DNA of 25,740 bases from NCBI GenBank assembly GCA_038046645.1, contig JBBSVU010000004.1, positions 1 to 25,740 of the forward strand, given 5' to 3'. The notes beneath the pieces are model-generated. The model ran no database searches. It was given only the letters and a program-made list of their open reading frames with translations, and was not told where the DNA came from. The position numbers and the translations under genes are program-made. Within the stretch, counting starts at the first letter, position 1. Every line of letters begins with the position of its first letter. The DNA comes from an archaeon (lineage in GTDB: Archaea; Iainarchaeota; Iainarchaeia; Iainarchaeales; 0-14-0-20-34-12). Positions 9,239 through 17,695 of this stretch are shown piece after piece.

Positions 9239-12200
9239 ATCAAAAAATTAAGAAAGTTTTGTTATTGGGAAGTGGAGCAATAAAAATTGGTGAAGCCGGA
9301 GAATTCGATTATTCTGGAAGCCAGGCAATCAAAGCCCTGAAGGAAGAAGGTCTTGAAGTAATTTTGATTAATCCAAACATAGCTACCATACAGACTAGCA
9401 AAGGATTTTCAGATAAAATATATTTTCTCCCAGTGAATGCAGAATTTGTCGAGAAAATCATTGAAAAGGAAAAACCACAAGGGATTTTACTTTCCTTTGG
9501 CGGCCAGACTGCTTTAAATTGCGGCTTGGAATTGCACAAGAAAGGTATTTTGGAAAAGCATAATGTAAAAGTTTTAGGAACACCAGTAGAAGCAATTGAA
9601 AAAACTGAAGACCGCGAATTATTTAAAAAAGCCCTTGGCGCAATTGATGCCAAAACGCCAAAGAGTTTTGCTGTCTCTTCTGTTTCTGATTCTCTGAACG
9701 CTGCAGAAAAAATAAAATATCCAGTAATGGTAAGGGCAGCATTTGCTTTAGGTGGGAAAGGTTCTGGCGTTGCAAAAAATGAAAAAGAATTGAAGGAAAT
9801 TGCAGAGCAGGCATTTTCCCACAGCTCACAAATCCTTGTTGAGGAATATTTGGGCGGATGGAAGGAAATAGAATATGAAGTAGTAAGAGACTCTTTTGAT
9901 AATTGCATAACTGTCTGCAACATGGAAAATTTTGACCCTTTAGGAATTCATACAGGCGAAAGCATTGTTATTGCGCCAAGCCAAACCCTGAATAATGCAG
10001 AATACCATATGCTCAGGGATATTAGCATAAGGGTAATTAGAAGTTTAGGGATTGTTGGGGAGTGCAATATCCAATTTGCATTAGATACAAAAAGCACTGA
10101 TTATCGAATAATAGAAGTAAATGCAAGGTTGAGCAGAAGTTCTGCTTTAGCCTCAAAAGCAACGGGTTATCCTTTGGCATTTATTGCCGCAAAGCTAGCT
10201 TTAGGTTATTCCCTTGTGGATTTGCAGAATCAAGTGACAAAGAAAACATTTGCCTGTTTTGAACCTGCTCTGGATTATTGTGTTATTAAAATACCAAGGT
10301 GGGATTTGCAGAAATTCAGGAAAGTAGGCTACAAAATAGGAAGCGAAATGAAGTCTGTTGGAGAGGTAATGGCAATCGGCAGGAATTTTGAGGAAACAAT
10401 GCAGAAAGCATTGAGGATGCTGAACATTGGCGTTAACGGTTTGGTTGCAAATGATATTAAAGTGAAAGATATCTTGCAGACAATCGAATATCCAACAGAT
10501 TGGAGAGTCTATGCTATAATTGAAGCCATAGAAAAAGATGTTTCACTTGAAAAAATAAATAAATTAAGCGGCATTGATTTATGGTTCTTAACCAAATTGA
10601 AAAATGTCGTTGATTTGAAGAAGGAAATTTCAAATTGCTCGATTGAAACCATTCCTAAAGATCTGCTTTTGAAGGCAAAACAATTTGGATTTTCAGACAA
10701 GCAGCTTGCAATCATCCTGAACTGCAAGGATGAATTTGCAGTGAGGGAAAAAAGGGAATTATTAGGAATAAAACCGGTCACTAAGCAGATTGATACCTTG
10801 GCAGCAGAATTCCCTGCTATGACAAATTACCTTTATATGACTTATAATGGAACAGAAGATGATATTGAGAGAAATAAAAGTGGGCAGGTTTTAGTTATTG
10901 GCTCTGGGCCATATTCAATAGGCTCAAGCGTTGAATTTGACTGGTGCTGTGTAACAGCAAGCAAGAGGCTCAATAAATTAGGCTATGACACAATAATGGT
11001 TAATTCTAATCCTGAAACAGTAAGCACAGATTACGATATGTCAAATCGCTTATATTTTGAAGAACTTTCCTTAGAACGAATTTTGGATATTTATGAGAAA
11101 GAAAGCCCTTTGGGGATAATAGTTTCAATGGGCGGCCAGATTCCAAATACTTTATCCTTAAAATTGCATAATGCTGGAGCGAGAATTTTAGGGACTGCTG
11201 TTGAAAGCATAGACAAAGCCGAAGACAGGAATAAATTTTCTGAATTATGCGATTCATTAAACATTCCGCAGCCAGCCTGGAAGGAATTAAAGACAGAATC
11301 TGAAGCAATTGAATTTGCAAACAAGGTAAATTATCCTGTTTTGGTTAGGCCTAGCTATGTCCTAAGCGGAGCAGCAATGTCCATAGCATTTAATGCTGCT
11401 GATTTGAATAATTATTTGAATAAATCAACCTTTGTTTCAAGGGAATCGCCTGTTGTTATCAGCAAATTCATCACCAATGCAAAAGAAATTGAAATAGATG
11501 CTGTCGCATCCCAAGGTGAAATAATTTCCTATGTGATAAATGAGCACATAGAAAATGCAGGCGTTCATTCTGGCGATGCAACAATGGTTATTCCTCCCCA
11601 GAAATTATATCTTGAAACAGTTAGAAAAGTAAAGAATATTGCAAGAATACTTGCAAAATCCTTGGAGATTACCGGCCCATTCAATATTCAATTTATTGCA
11701 AAAGACAATAATGTTATGGTAATTGAATGCAATTTAAGGGCATCAAGGTCTTTTCCTTTTATCTCAAAGGTTTCAGATGTGAATTTTATTGAACTGGCAA
11801 CAGATGCAATAATGGGCAAAAAGCTTGACCACATAGACAAATCTACCTTAGACTTAGATTATGTTGCAGTAAAAGCCCCGCAGTTTTCCTTCAGCCGCCT
11901 TAAAGGCGCTGACCCACTGCTCGGCGTAGAAATGTCTTCTACAGGGGAGGTTGCATGTTTGGGCAATGATTTAGAAGAAGCATTTTTGAAGGCTTTGATT
12001 GCAACAGGCTTTAAGATGCCAAATAAAAACATCCTGCTGACAATCGGCGGGGAAGACAACAGGATTGATTTGCTTGAAGAAATCAAAACATTAAATTCAA
12101 TGGGTTTTACATTATATGCTACCGAACACACATCTGAATTTTTGGATAAATATAAAATTCAAAACAAAAGGTTGCATAAAATGCAGGAGCATAAGGATCC

Positions 12201-12435
12201 AAACATTTCGGAATTTATCTCAAACAAAAAAATTGATTTGGTTATCTGCATTGCGCAAGAGTTAAATCAAGAAAATCTGGAAAGGCATTATGACCTGAGA
12301 AGATTAGCAACAGATTTTAATGTTCCGCTTATTACAAATAAACAAATTGCCCGCTTGTTTATCACTAGCATTAATTCAAAGAAGCTTGCAGATCTTGAGG
12401 TAACTGCTTTGGATGAATATATTTATAGGCAATAA
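9235..12435 (+). CDS. carB: Carbamoyl-phosphate synthase large subunit
   Basis: GSG..IG.AGEFDYSG, two ATP-grasp halves (IHTGES, IEVNARLSRSSALASKATG; RPSYVLSG, GVHSGDA) and a C-terminal MGS domain; 4-bp overlap with carA. Confidence 0.98.
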   Translation: MNQKIKKVLLLGSGAIKIGEAGEFDYSGSQAIKALKEEGLEVILINPNIATIQTSKGFSDKIYFLPVNAEFVEKIIEKEKPQGILLSFGGQTALNCGLELHKKGILEKHNVKVLGTPVEAIEKTEDRELFKKALGAIDAKTPKSFAVSSVSDSLNAAEKIKYPVMVRAAFALGGKGSGVAKNEKELKEIAEQAFSHSSQILVEEYLGGWKEIEYEVVRDSFDNCITVCNMENFDPLGIHTGESIVIAPSQTLNNAEYHMLRDISIRVIRSLGIVGECNIQFALDTKSTDYRIIEVNARLSRSSALASKATGYPLAFIAAKLALGYSLVDLQNQVTKKTFACFEPALDYCVIKIPRWDLQKFRKVGYKIGSEMKSVGEVMAIGRNFEETMQKALRMLNIGVNGLVANDIKVKDILQTIEYPTDWRVYAIIEAIEKDVSLEKINKLSGIDLWFLTKLKNVVDLKKEISNCSIETIPKDLLLKAKQFGFSDKQLAIILNCKDEFAVREKRELLGIKPVTKQIDTLAAEFPAMTNYLYMTYNGTEDDIERNKSGQVLVIGSGPYSIGSSVEFDWCCVTASKRLNKLGYDTIMVNSNPETVSTDYDMSNRLYFEELSLERILDIYEKESPLGIIVSMGGQIPNTLSLKLHNAGARILGTAVESIDKAEDRNKFSELCDSLNIPQPAWKELKTESEAIEFANKVNYPVLVRPSYVLSGAAMSIAFNAADLNNYLNKSTFVSRESPVVISKFITNAKEIEIDAVASQGEIISYVINEHIENAGVHSGDATMVIPPQKLYLETVRKVKNIARILAKSLEITGPFNIQFIAKDNNVMVIECNLRASRSFPFISKVSDVNFIELATDAIMGKKLDHIDKSTLDLDYVAVKAPQFSFSRLKGADPLLGVEMSSTGEVACLGNDLEEAFLKALIATGFKMPNKNILLTIGGEDNRIDLLEEIKTLNSMGFTLYATEHTSEFLDKYKIQNKRLHKMQEHKDPNISEFISNKKIDLVICIAQELNQENLERHYDLRRLATDFNVPLITNKQIARLFITSINSKKLADLEVTALDEYIYRQ

Positions 12436-12464
12436 TCATTTCGGTTTAAGTTATTGCCAAGTAA

Positions 12465-13439
12465 CTATCTTCTTCTCCGCTTAATTACCCTCTCAGCAGT
12501 CTCAATATCCATATTAACCAACAGTCCATGATATTTCTTCTCGCTGCCGAAATAATCTATCAAATGAAATATCACTGAATCAGCAACAAGCCTATCCAAA
12601 TCAACAGTTCCATCCCACCTGCTCAATGCATGCAATACTCCAAGCTGGAACTGCATCCTGATATCTTCAAAATCAGCCCTTTTTCTAAAAGACTTCAAAG
12701 AATAAGCCCTTAACTTAGCAGCCTCATTAACAGCTGTATTGTCCCAAAAATGCTTCATATACTTATCCAAATGCTGTTTTACTTCAGCTTTGCTTAACAA
12801 ATTCCTTGCAGGCAAATCCATAACATAAGAAACCTTTGAAAACCTCTTTTCCCATGCTTTCCTTGCAATCTCACTCCTCTCCTCAGGAGTACTTTTTTCA
12901 AGCCATGTTTTTCTGGCTTTTCTTGCAATCTCACTCCTCTCCTCAGGAGTCTTTGCAAGTGCTCTTCTTCTAGCAATCTCACTCCTCTCCTCAGGAGTCT
13001 TCCCAGCCCATGCCTCCCTTCCAATCTCACTCCTCTCCTCAGGAGTCTTCCCAGCCTCTCTTTTTCTTGCAATCTCATTCCTCTCCTCAGTAGTCTTCCC
13101 AGCCATTATCTGTGCAATAGTTTTGCCTCTTTTAGCTTTCTCAACATCTCTTTTCCTTGCAATCTCACTCCATTCTACACTGCTTTTTACTGTTTGCCTA
13201 TATTTCCACAATAAAGCATCTATTGCCTGTTCCCTTGTTTTTCCTTCTTCCATCATTCTTGCAATCTCTTTTTCTGGAAATTTCATGGACAAAAAAGTAT
13301 TTGAAGAATCAGTATTGGCACCTTTCTGTGCCAGCCTTCTGACTATTTCAGCTCTTTTAACATTTTGCTTTAACCCTTTTGCCATAAAAGCAGCATAAAC
13401 AGGCATGAATCTTTTATAAGGTCTTTTTGGTGCAAGCAT
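12465..13439 (-). CDS. Modular repeat protein: N-domain + KTPEERSEIARK repeats + sigma-70 region-2-like C-terminus (family member 1)
   Basis: Long open frame; probable ATG at 13439 (track start is TTG 13454); a close paralog lies at 25229-25740. Confidence 0.85.
   Translation of the reverse strand: MLAPKRPYKRFMPVYAAFMAKGLKQNVKRAEIVRRLAQKGANTDSSNTFLSMKFPEKEIARMMEEGKTREQAIDALLWKYRQTVKSSVEWSEIARKRDVEKAKRGKTIAQIMAGKTTEERNEIARKREAGKTPEERSEIGREAWAGKTPEERSEIARRRALAKTPEERSEIARKARKTWLEKSTPEERSEIARKAWEKRFSKVSYVMDLPARNLLSKAEVKQHLDKYMKHFWDNTAVNEAAKLRAYSLKSFRKRADFEDIRMQFQLGVLHALSRWDGTVDLDRLVADSVIFHLIDYFGSEKKYHGLLVNMDIETAERVIKRRRR
12862..13170 (-). repeat. Coding repeat array CAATCTCACTCCTCTCCTCAGGAGT (TPEERSEI), five full units plus one degenerate
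   Basis: Units start at about 12866, 12926, 12974, 13022, 13070 and 13160; spacings 60/48/48/48/90 nt, all in frame. Confidence 0.9.
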
Positions 13440-13509
13440 ATAAATCCTTTGCAATATTTAATTAAATATTTGTTGCATAAGATGTATTAATTAATAATGT
13501 GGTGATTCT

Positions 13510-14052
13510 GTGCAATTCCTTAATTTTTTATCTGAAATCGGCCGCCTGAAAGAAATAAAAAGATCAGGTTGGGTTAAGAGAAATATTAAAGAAGCAGAAT
13601 CTGTTTCAGACCATTCCTTCAGGACAGCATTGCTTGCAATGCTTTATTCCAAAGCCCTTGGATTGAATGCCGAAAAATGCATAAAAATGGCTTTAATTCA
13701 TGATATTCATGAGGTTTACACAGGTGACATAATTCTGACAAGAGCAAATGAAAAGCAAAAACTCAAAAAAGAATTAAGGGCAATAAAAGACCTATCAAAA
13801 TTGCTGCCAAAAGAAGAAGGCAAAGAAATTTTGAAATTATGGGAGGAATTGCATGCCGCGCGCACAAATGAAGCTAAATTAGTGAGAGATTTAGATAAAA
13901 TTGAGATGTTGTTGCAAGCATTGGAATACAAAAAATCAAACAGAACAAAGAATTCATTGCAGGAATTTTTCGATTCAACCGAAAAAATGCTGAAAACAAA
14001 AAAAGCAAAAGAGCTTTTCACTGGAATTAAAAAAGAGTTTGACAAAATTTAG
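13510..14052 (+). CDS. HD-domain phosphohydrolase (YfbR/HDDC2-like 5'-deoxynucleotidase family)
   Basis: LK.IKRSGW...ESVSDHSFR, ALIHDIHE..TGDI, EAKLVRDLDKIEM; GTG start after GGTGA. Confidence 0.92.
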   Translation: MQFLNFLSEIGRLKEIKRSGWVKRNIKEAESVSDHSFRTALLAMLYSKALGLNAEKCIKMALIHDIHEVYTGDIILTRANEKQKLKKELRAIKDLSKLLPKEEGKEILKLWEELHAARTNEAKLVRDLDKIEMLLQALEYKKSNRTKNSLQEFFDSTEKMLKTKKAKELFTGIKKEFDKI

Positions 14053-14056
14053 AATA

Positions 14057-14108
14057 AATTGGTTTGACTTTTACTTCGGCTTAATTGGTTTGACTTTTAC
14101 TTCGGCTT
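14057..14108. repeat. Perfect 26-bp tandem duplication
   Basis: AATTGGTTTGACTTTTACTTCGGCTT x2 (14057-14082, 14083-14108) between convergent genes. Confidence 0.9.
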
Positions 14109-14134
14109 ATATGCAGCCCCAGAATATCTCCACA

Positions 14135-14500
14135 TTAATATATTTTACCAAAATATCTCCACATTAACCTGTCAATTGCCTCTTCTCTGTCACATTTATT
14201 TTCGGTCATTACTCTAGTTATGGATTTATAACTGAAAACTCTCCAAAGAAATGTCTTTGCATTTGTCACGGAAGATCCATGCCGTGTTCTTAAAATTTCA
14301 ATTATTCTTGTTCTTGCCTTTTGGTCGTCAAGTATATTTCGCCCTGCTTTTTTCAGTTTGTTTGCCATGAATAAAACAAATTTTGGGGGTACTTTGCTTC
14401 TTCTCCTAGGCCTTTTTAGTGGTTTCTTTGCAGGCATTTTTCCTTTTTTTCTTCCTGCTTCTGTCATTCTTCCTATTAGATTTACCCTTGCTCTTGCCAT
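14135..14500 (-). CDS. Stand-alone homolog of the N-terminal domain of the repeat protein (family member 2)
   Basis: FMANKLK...TFL...ITRVMTENKCDREEAIDRLMWRY aligns with FMAKGLK...TFL...IARMMEEGKTREQAIDALLWKY of 12465..13439. Alternative start at 14437 (MPAKKP). Confidence 0.75.
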   Translation of the reverse strand: MARARVNLIGRMTEAGRKKGKMPAKKPLKRPRRRSKVPPKFVLFMANKLKKAGRNILDDQKARTRIIEILRTRHGSSVTNAKTFLWRVFSYKSITRVMTENKCDREEAIDRLMWRYFGKIY

Positions 14501-14562
14501 ATTCTCAACTAAGAATTAGAATATAATACCCTATTTAAATTAATTCTAATGATTATTTTATT

Positions 14563-15279
14563 ATGCCAGCGAGAAAGCCAAGGTCAAATATTGAAAGAAG
14601 GCGCAGAATCTTAGGTCCTGCATTTCGCTTAAGTGATGCTGAAATTCAGGCGCAAATCGCAAAAAGGCAGGCAGCAGAAAGATTGCAAAAGGCCAAGATG
14701 GTTAGGCAATATGTGCAAGCAGTAAAAAGATGGGACAGAAAAACAATTCCTTTTCAAGACATTGGTGCGGCATTGCAATTTTCCTTAAACCGGCGCAGGC
14801 ATTCTGTTCCAAAACAGTCAGAATCAGGTGTTGCTTATAAAATAGTGCATCATCCATTAACAGATGCAAAATCTGTTTTGGTTTTAAGGCTGAAAGAAAC
14901 CCTTTTGGCTTCAGGTGAAAAGTATTTTGTTTTTAGCCTGATGGCTCATAATTTAGCAAGCCATAAGGAATCGCAGATAGCGCATACTGAAGCAGAAACA
15001 ATTAAGCGCGAGCAGAGAGGCCATTTCCATTATACTTCAGTTAATGCTAATTATAAAAGATTAAGAATTGGCACATTTTTAGATTATGAAAGAACCCTTA
15101 AATTCCTTGAAGAAGGAATAAGAAATGTTTCTTCAGGCATAGACCCGACACATGAAGCAGTTGCTTCTGCAGACCACCGGCTTTATGATAAGCCAGGATT
15201 TTCAGGTATAAGGCGTAAAGCCCTTATGACATTAGATGAATTGGGAAGGCAGATTCCAATTTTAAGAGGCAAGAAATAA
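14563..15279 (+). CDS. Hypothetical basic protein with possible C-terminal GNAT-like fold
   Basis: 238 aa; HYTSVNANYKRLRIGTFL resembles GNAT acetyl-CoA motif A (V.P.YR..GIG..L), though degenerate. Confidence 0.6.
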   Translation: MPARKPRSNIERRRRILGPAFRLSDAEIQAQIAKRQAAERLQKAKMVRQYVQAVKRWDRKTIPFQDIGAALQFSLNRRRHSVPKQSESGVAYKIVHHPLTDAKSVLVLRLKETLLASGEKYFVFSLMAHNLASHKESQIAHTEAETIKREQRGHFHYTSVNANYKRLRIGTFLDYERTLKFLEEGIRNVSSGIDPTHEAVASADHRLYDKPGFSGIRRKALMTLDELGRQIPILRGKK

Positions 15280-15288
15280 CTGATTCTT

Positions 15289-16179
15289 ATGCAAATTGTT
15301 TATTCATCAGATTTTCTCCTGCATGATACAGGAAACCATCCAGAGAATAAGGAACGCTTGATCTCAATCCTAAATGCAATTGAGAACCATGGCTTTGACC
15401 CTGAGGATTTTAAACAGCCGATGAAGACATCAGAGGTGGATTTGCTTCTAGTCCATGCACAGGAACATATTGGCAAATTAAAGTATCTTTCAGAAAAAGG
15501 CGTTGCTTTTGGTGACAATATTTTTCATGAAAATACTTTTAACATTGCATTGGAAGCATGCGGTGCTGCGTTGAAAGCAGCAAAGCTCTGCAAGAGGGAT
15601 TTTGCCTTTGCCTTGGCAAGGCCGCCAGGCCATCATGCTGGCAAGAATTTCTTCGAAGGTTTTTGCTATTTGAATAATATTGCATATGCTGTAAGAAGAT
15701 GCTTATCAGATAAGGACTTTAATAAAGTTTTAATCCTTGATTTTGATGTCCATCACGGACAGGGAACTCAGGATATTTTTTCATTCGACCAAGATGTTTT
15801 TTACCTTTCCCTGCATCAGGACCCTTTGACAATTTATCCTTTCAAATATTATGCTGCGAAATCAAAAAACATAAGGAACGTAATTTTGAAACCAGGGACA
15901 GATGATAAAACCTATCTTGAGATTCTGAGGAAAAATTTCCTTGAATGCGTTGATTCTTTTAACCCTGATGTTATTGCGATTTCAGCAGGTTTTGATATTT
16001 ACTATAAAGATACAATGGTTGGAAACCAGTTGCAGATAAAAGATACAAAAACATTCTATGAAATCGGAAAAATAATAAATGAAAGTTCAGGCACAAAGAA
16101 ATTTGCTGTTTTAGAGGGCGGCTATTCACTGCCTGATTTGGGCCAAAATGTTTTTAACTTCCTGAATGCATTTGTGTAA
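15289..16179 (+). CDS. Histone deacetylase family (AcuC/AphA-like) Zn-dependent deacetylase
   Basis: HPE..ERL, RPPGHHA, GFCYLNN, DFDVHHGQGTQ, SLHQ, SAGFD, LEGGY all intact. Confidence 0.95.
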   Translation: MQIVYSSDFLLHDTGNHPENKERLISILNAIENHGFDPEDFKQPMKTSEVDLLLVHAQEHIGKLKYLSEKGVAFGDNIFHENTFNIALEACGAALKAAKLCKRDFAFALARPPGHHAGKNFFEGFCYLNNIAYAVRRCLSDKDFNKVLILDFDVHHGQGTQDIFSFDQDVFYLSLHQDPLTIYPFKYYAAKSKNIRNVILKPGTDDKTYLEILRKNFLECVDSFNPDVIAISAGFDIYYKDTMVGNQLQIKDTKTFYEIGKIINESSGTKKFAVLEGGYSLPDLGQNVFNFLNAFV

Positions 16180-16208
16180 TAGTTACTGGCAATTCATAAG
16201 GTATTTTG

Positions 16209-17033
16209 ATGAATATAAAAATAATCATTTACAAGAAAGGCGAATCAATAGAAAACTGCCTTGGGATGCTGAAAAAAACATTGGAAAATGCAGGCCAACA
16301 GGTTATTGTTGAGGAGATTAACCCTGCATTGAAGCTCAAGGAATATGAATATGCTAAATTGGAAAAGATTGAATTGCTTAATACTGATTATTCAGTAAAG
16401 GATTTTGATTTGATTATCTTTGGTGCGCCTGTTTGGAGCTTTTCCTCCCCTGTCTTGGCTGAATACCTGCAAAAAATGGAGAATGCTGAAGGGAAGAAAT
16501 TCGCTATTTTTATTGTTTGCATAATGCCAGCAAATGTAATGAGAAAGCTCTCAAGCATTGTTGCAACAAGAGGCGGGGATGTAATCTCAACATTAACTGT
16601 TCAATCGTTGTTTGAGATAAAGGGCAATAAAACTCTAGTAATGAAGAAATTTGCCGAGGATTTGCTTGAAAAATTAGAGCCAAAGCCAAAGAAGAAATTC
16701 AAGCTAAAGATTGAGTTGAAGAACATCAGGTTGCGCGTTAAGGCGGATCCCAATATGCCAAAAACATCCGGCTTTGTAGGCATCAAAATTCCAAAAGTAC
16801 CTGCCTTTAGCAATATTAAGCTGCCCAAGGTGCCAAATTTAGATAATCTAAAATTGCCAAAAGTCCCAAATATCCCTAACATTAAATTCCCAAAAGCCGC
16901 TAGGATAAAATTGCCTGAATTCAAATTTGGAAAACCCAAAAAGAAAGAAAATGGCAAGTTGCAGGTTAACGGCAAGGCAGAAAAGCTTCCAGAAAAATCA
17001 GATGCTGGTGCAGAAATGCAAAAGTCAGGTTGA
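16209..17033 (+). CDS. Flavodoxin-like fold protein with Lys/Pro-rich repeat tail
   Basis: DFDLIIFGAPVW and GKKFAIF flavodoxin-like segments; tail of K(I/L)PKVP repeats; start at 16206 (TTG) or 16209 (ATG). Confidence 0.7.
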   Translation: MNIKIIIYKKGESIENCLGMLKKTLENAGQQVIVEEINPALKLKEYEYAKLEKIELLNTDYSVKDFDLIIFGAPVWSFSSPVLAEYLQKMENAEGKKFAIFIVCIMPANVMRKLSSIVATRGGDVISTLTVQSLFEIKGNKTLVMKKFAEDLLEKLEPKPKKKFKLKIELKNIRLRVKADPNMPKTSGFVGIKIPKVPAFSNIKLPKVPNLDNLKLPKVPNIPNIKFPKAARIKLPEFKFGKPKKKENGKLQVNGKAEKLPEKSDAGAEMQKSG

Positions 17034-17059
17034 AATCCCTAATGTTTGGTTAACCTAAA

Positions 17060-17680
17060 TTATTTTTTATCTTCATCATATTCCATTGCCTGGTCAAGAA
17101 GGGCATCTATAGCTTCCTCCTCCTCTGCCTCCTTTTCTTTCCTGAATTCCATTGTTTTTTCCTTCAAATCACTCATTGTTTTTTCTATCTCTGCCTCTTT
17201 TGCTGTTGATCTTATTCTTGATTCAATAGAGATTATTTCTTTCTGGTTTTTATTCATCATTTCTTTGAACAATGCTTCATCTATTTTCCTTTTGTGGTAT
17301 CTCTGCATTATCAAATCCCTTTCTTTCAATAACAATTTTTTCTCCCCAAATAATTCCTGCACTATATGCCTTTGTTTTATTTCAACCTTTGCAAGTATCT
17401 GCTTCTCTACATCAGTTAATTTAGGCTTATCCACAGCAATGCTTATTGTAGACTCAATTTTTATCAATTCAAGTTGTTTTTCCTGAATAATTTTTCGGTA
17501 TTCTGCCTCAGGTATTTTTCTCCTGAAAAAATTAGCTTCAATTATTTTTAATTCTTCATCAATTGCCCTTTTTTTCTTAAAAAGCCCGGAAGAATCTTGC
17601 TGTTTTTTCTTAAGCATTAAATACGCAAAAGCAGCAATGATTACCAGAAGCACAATTGCCGATAAAATAAGCTCTAACAT
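17060..17680 (-). CDS. Membrane-anchored coiled-coil protein
   Basis: N-terminal TM, then two similar charged repeats (FFRRKIPEAEYRK...IKIES / YHKRKIDEALFKE...ISIES). Confidence 0.8.
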   Translation of the reverse strand: MLELILSAIVLLVIIAAFAYLMLKKKQQDSSGLFKKKRAIDEELKIIEANFFRRKIPEAEYRKIIQEKQLELIKIESTISIAVDKPKLTDVEKQILAKVEIKQRHIVQELFGEKKLLLKERDLIMQRYHKRKIDEALFKEMMNKNQKEIISIESRIRSTAKEAEIEKTMSDLKEKTMEFRKEKEAEEEEAIDALLDQAMEYDEDKK

Positions 17681-17695
17681 AATCCCATTTCTTGA

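Noticed and set aside
12465..12780. Diversity-generating retroelement TR/VR pair with 25229-25544
   Set aside because: Only about 18 of ~44 mismatches fall at coding-strand adenines of copy 1, and fewer for copy 2. Many are synonymous, and there is no reverse transcriptase in the window.
12794..13078. RLLRRGVRL-repeat ORFs (also 25558..25740)
   Set aside because: Shifted-frame readings of the TPEERSEI repeats; the main frame is continuous with the conserved domains.
12862..13100. CRISPR-like array (constant ~25-nt repeat with variable spacers)
   Set aside because: Periods are 48 or 60 nt, all in frame inside a long ORF; the spacers resemble each other; no cas genes or leader.
13453..13470. 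Perfect 18-bp palindrome AATATTTAATTAAATATT between divergent genes
   Set aside because: A/T-only in an AT-rich intergenic region; explainable as back-to-back TATA elements, so not called an operator.
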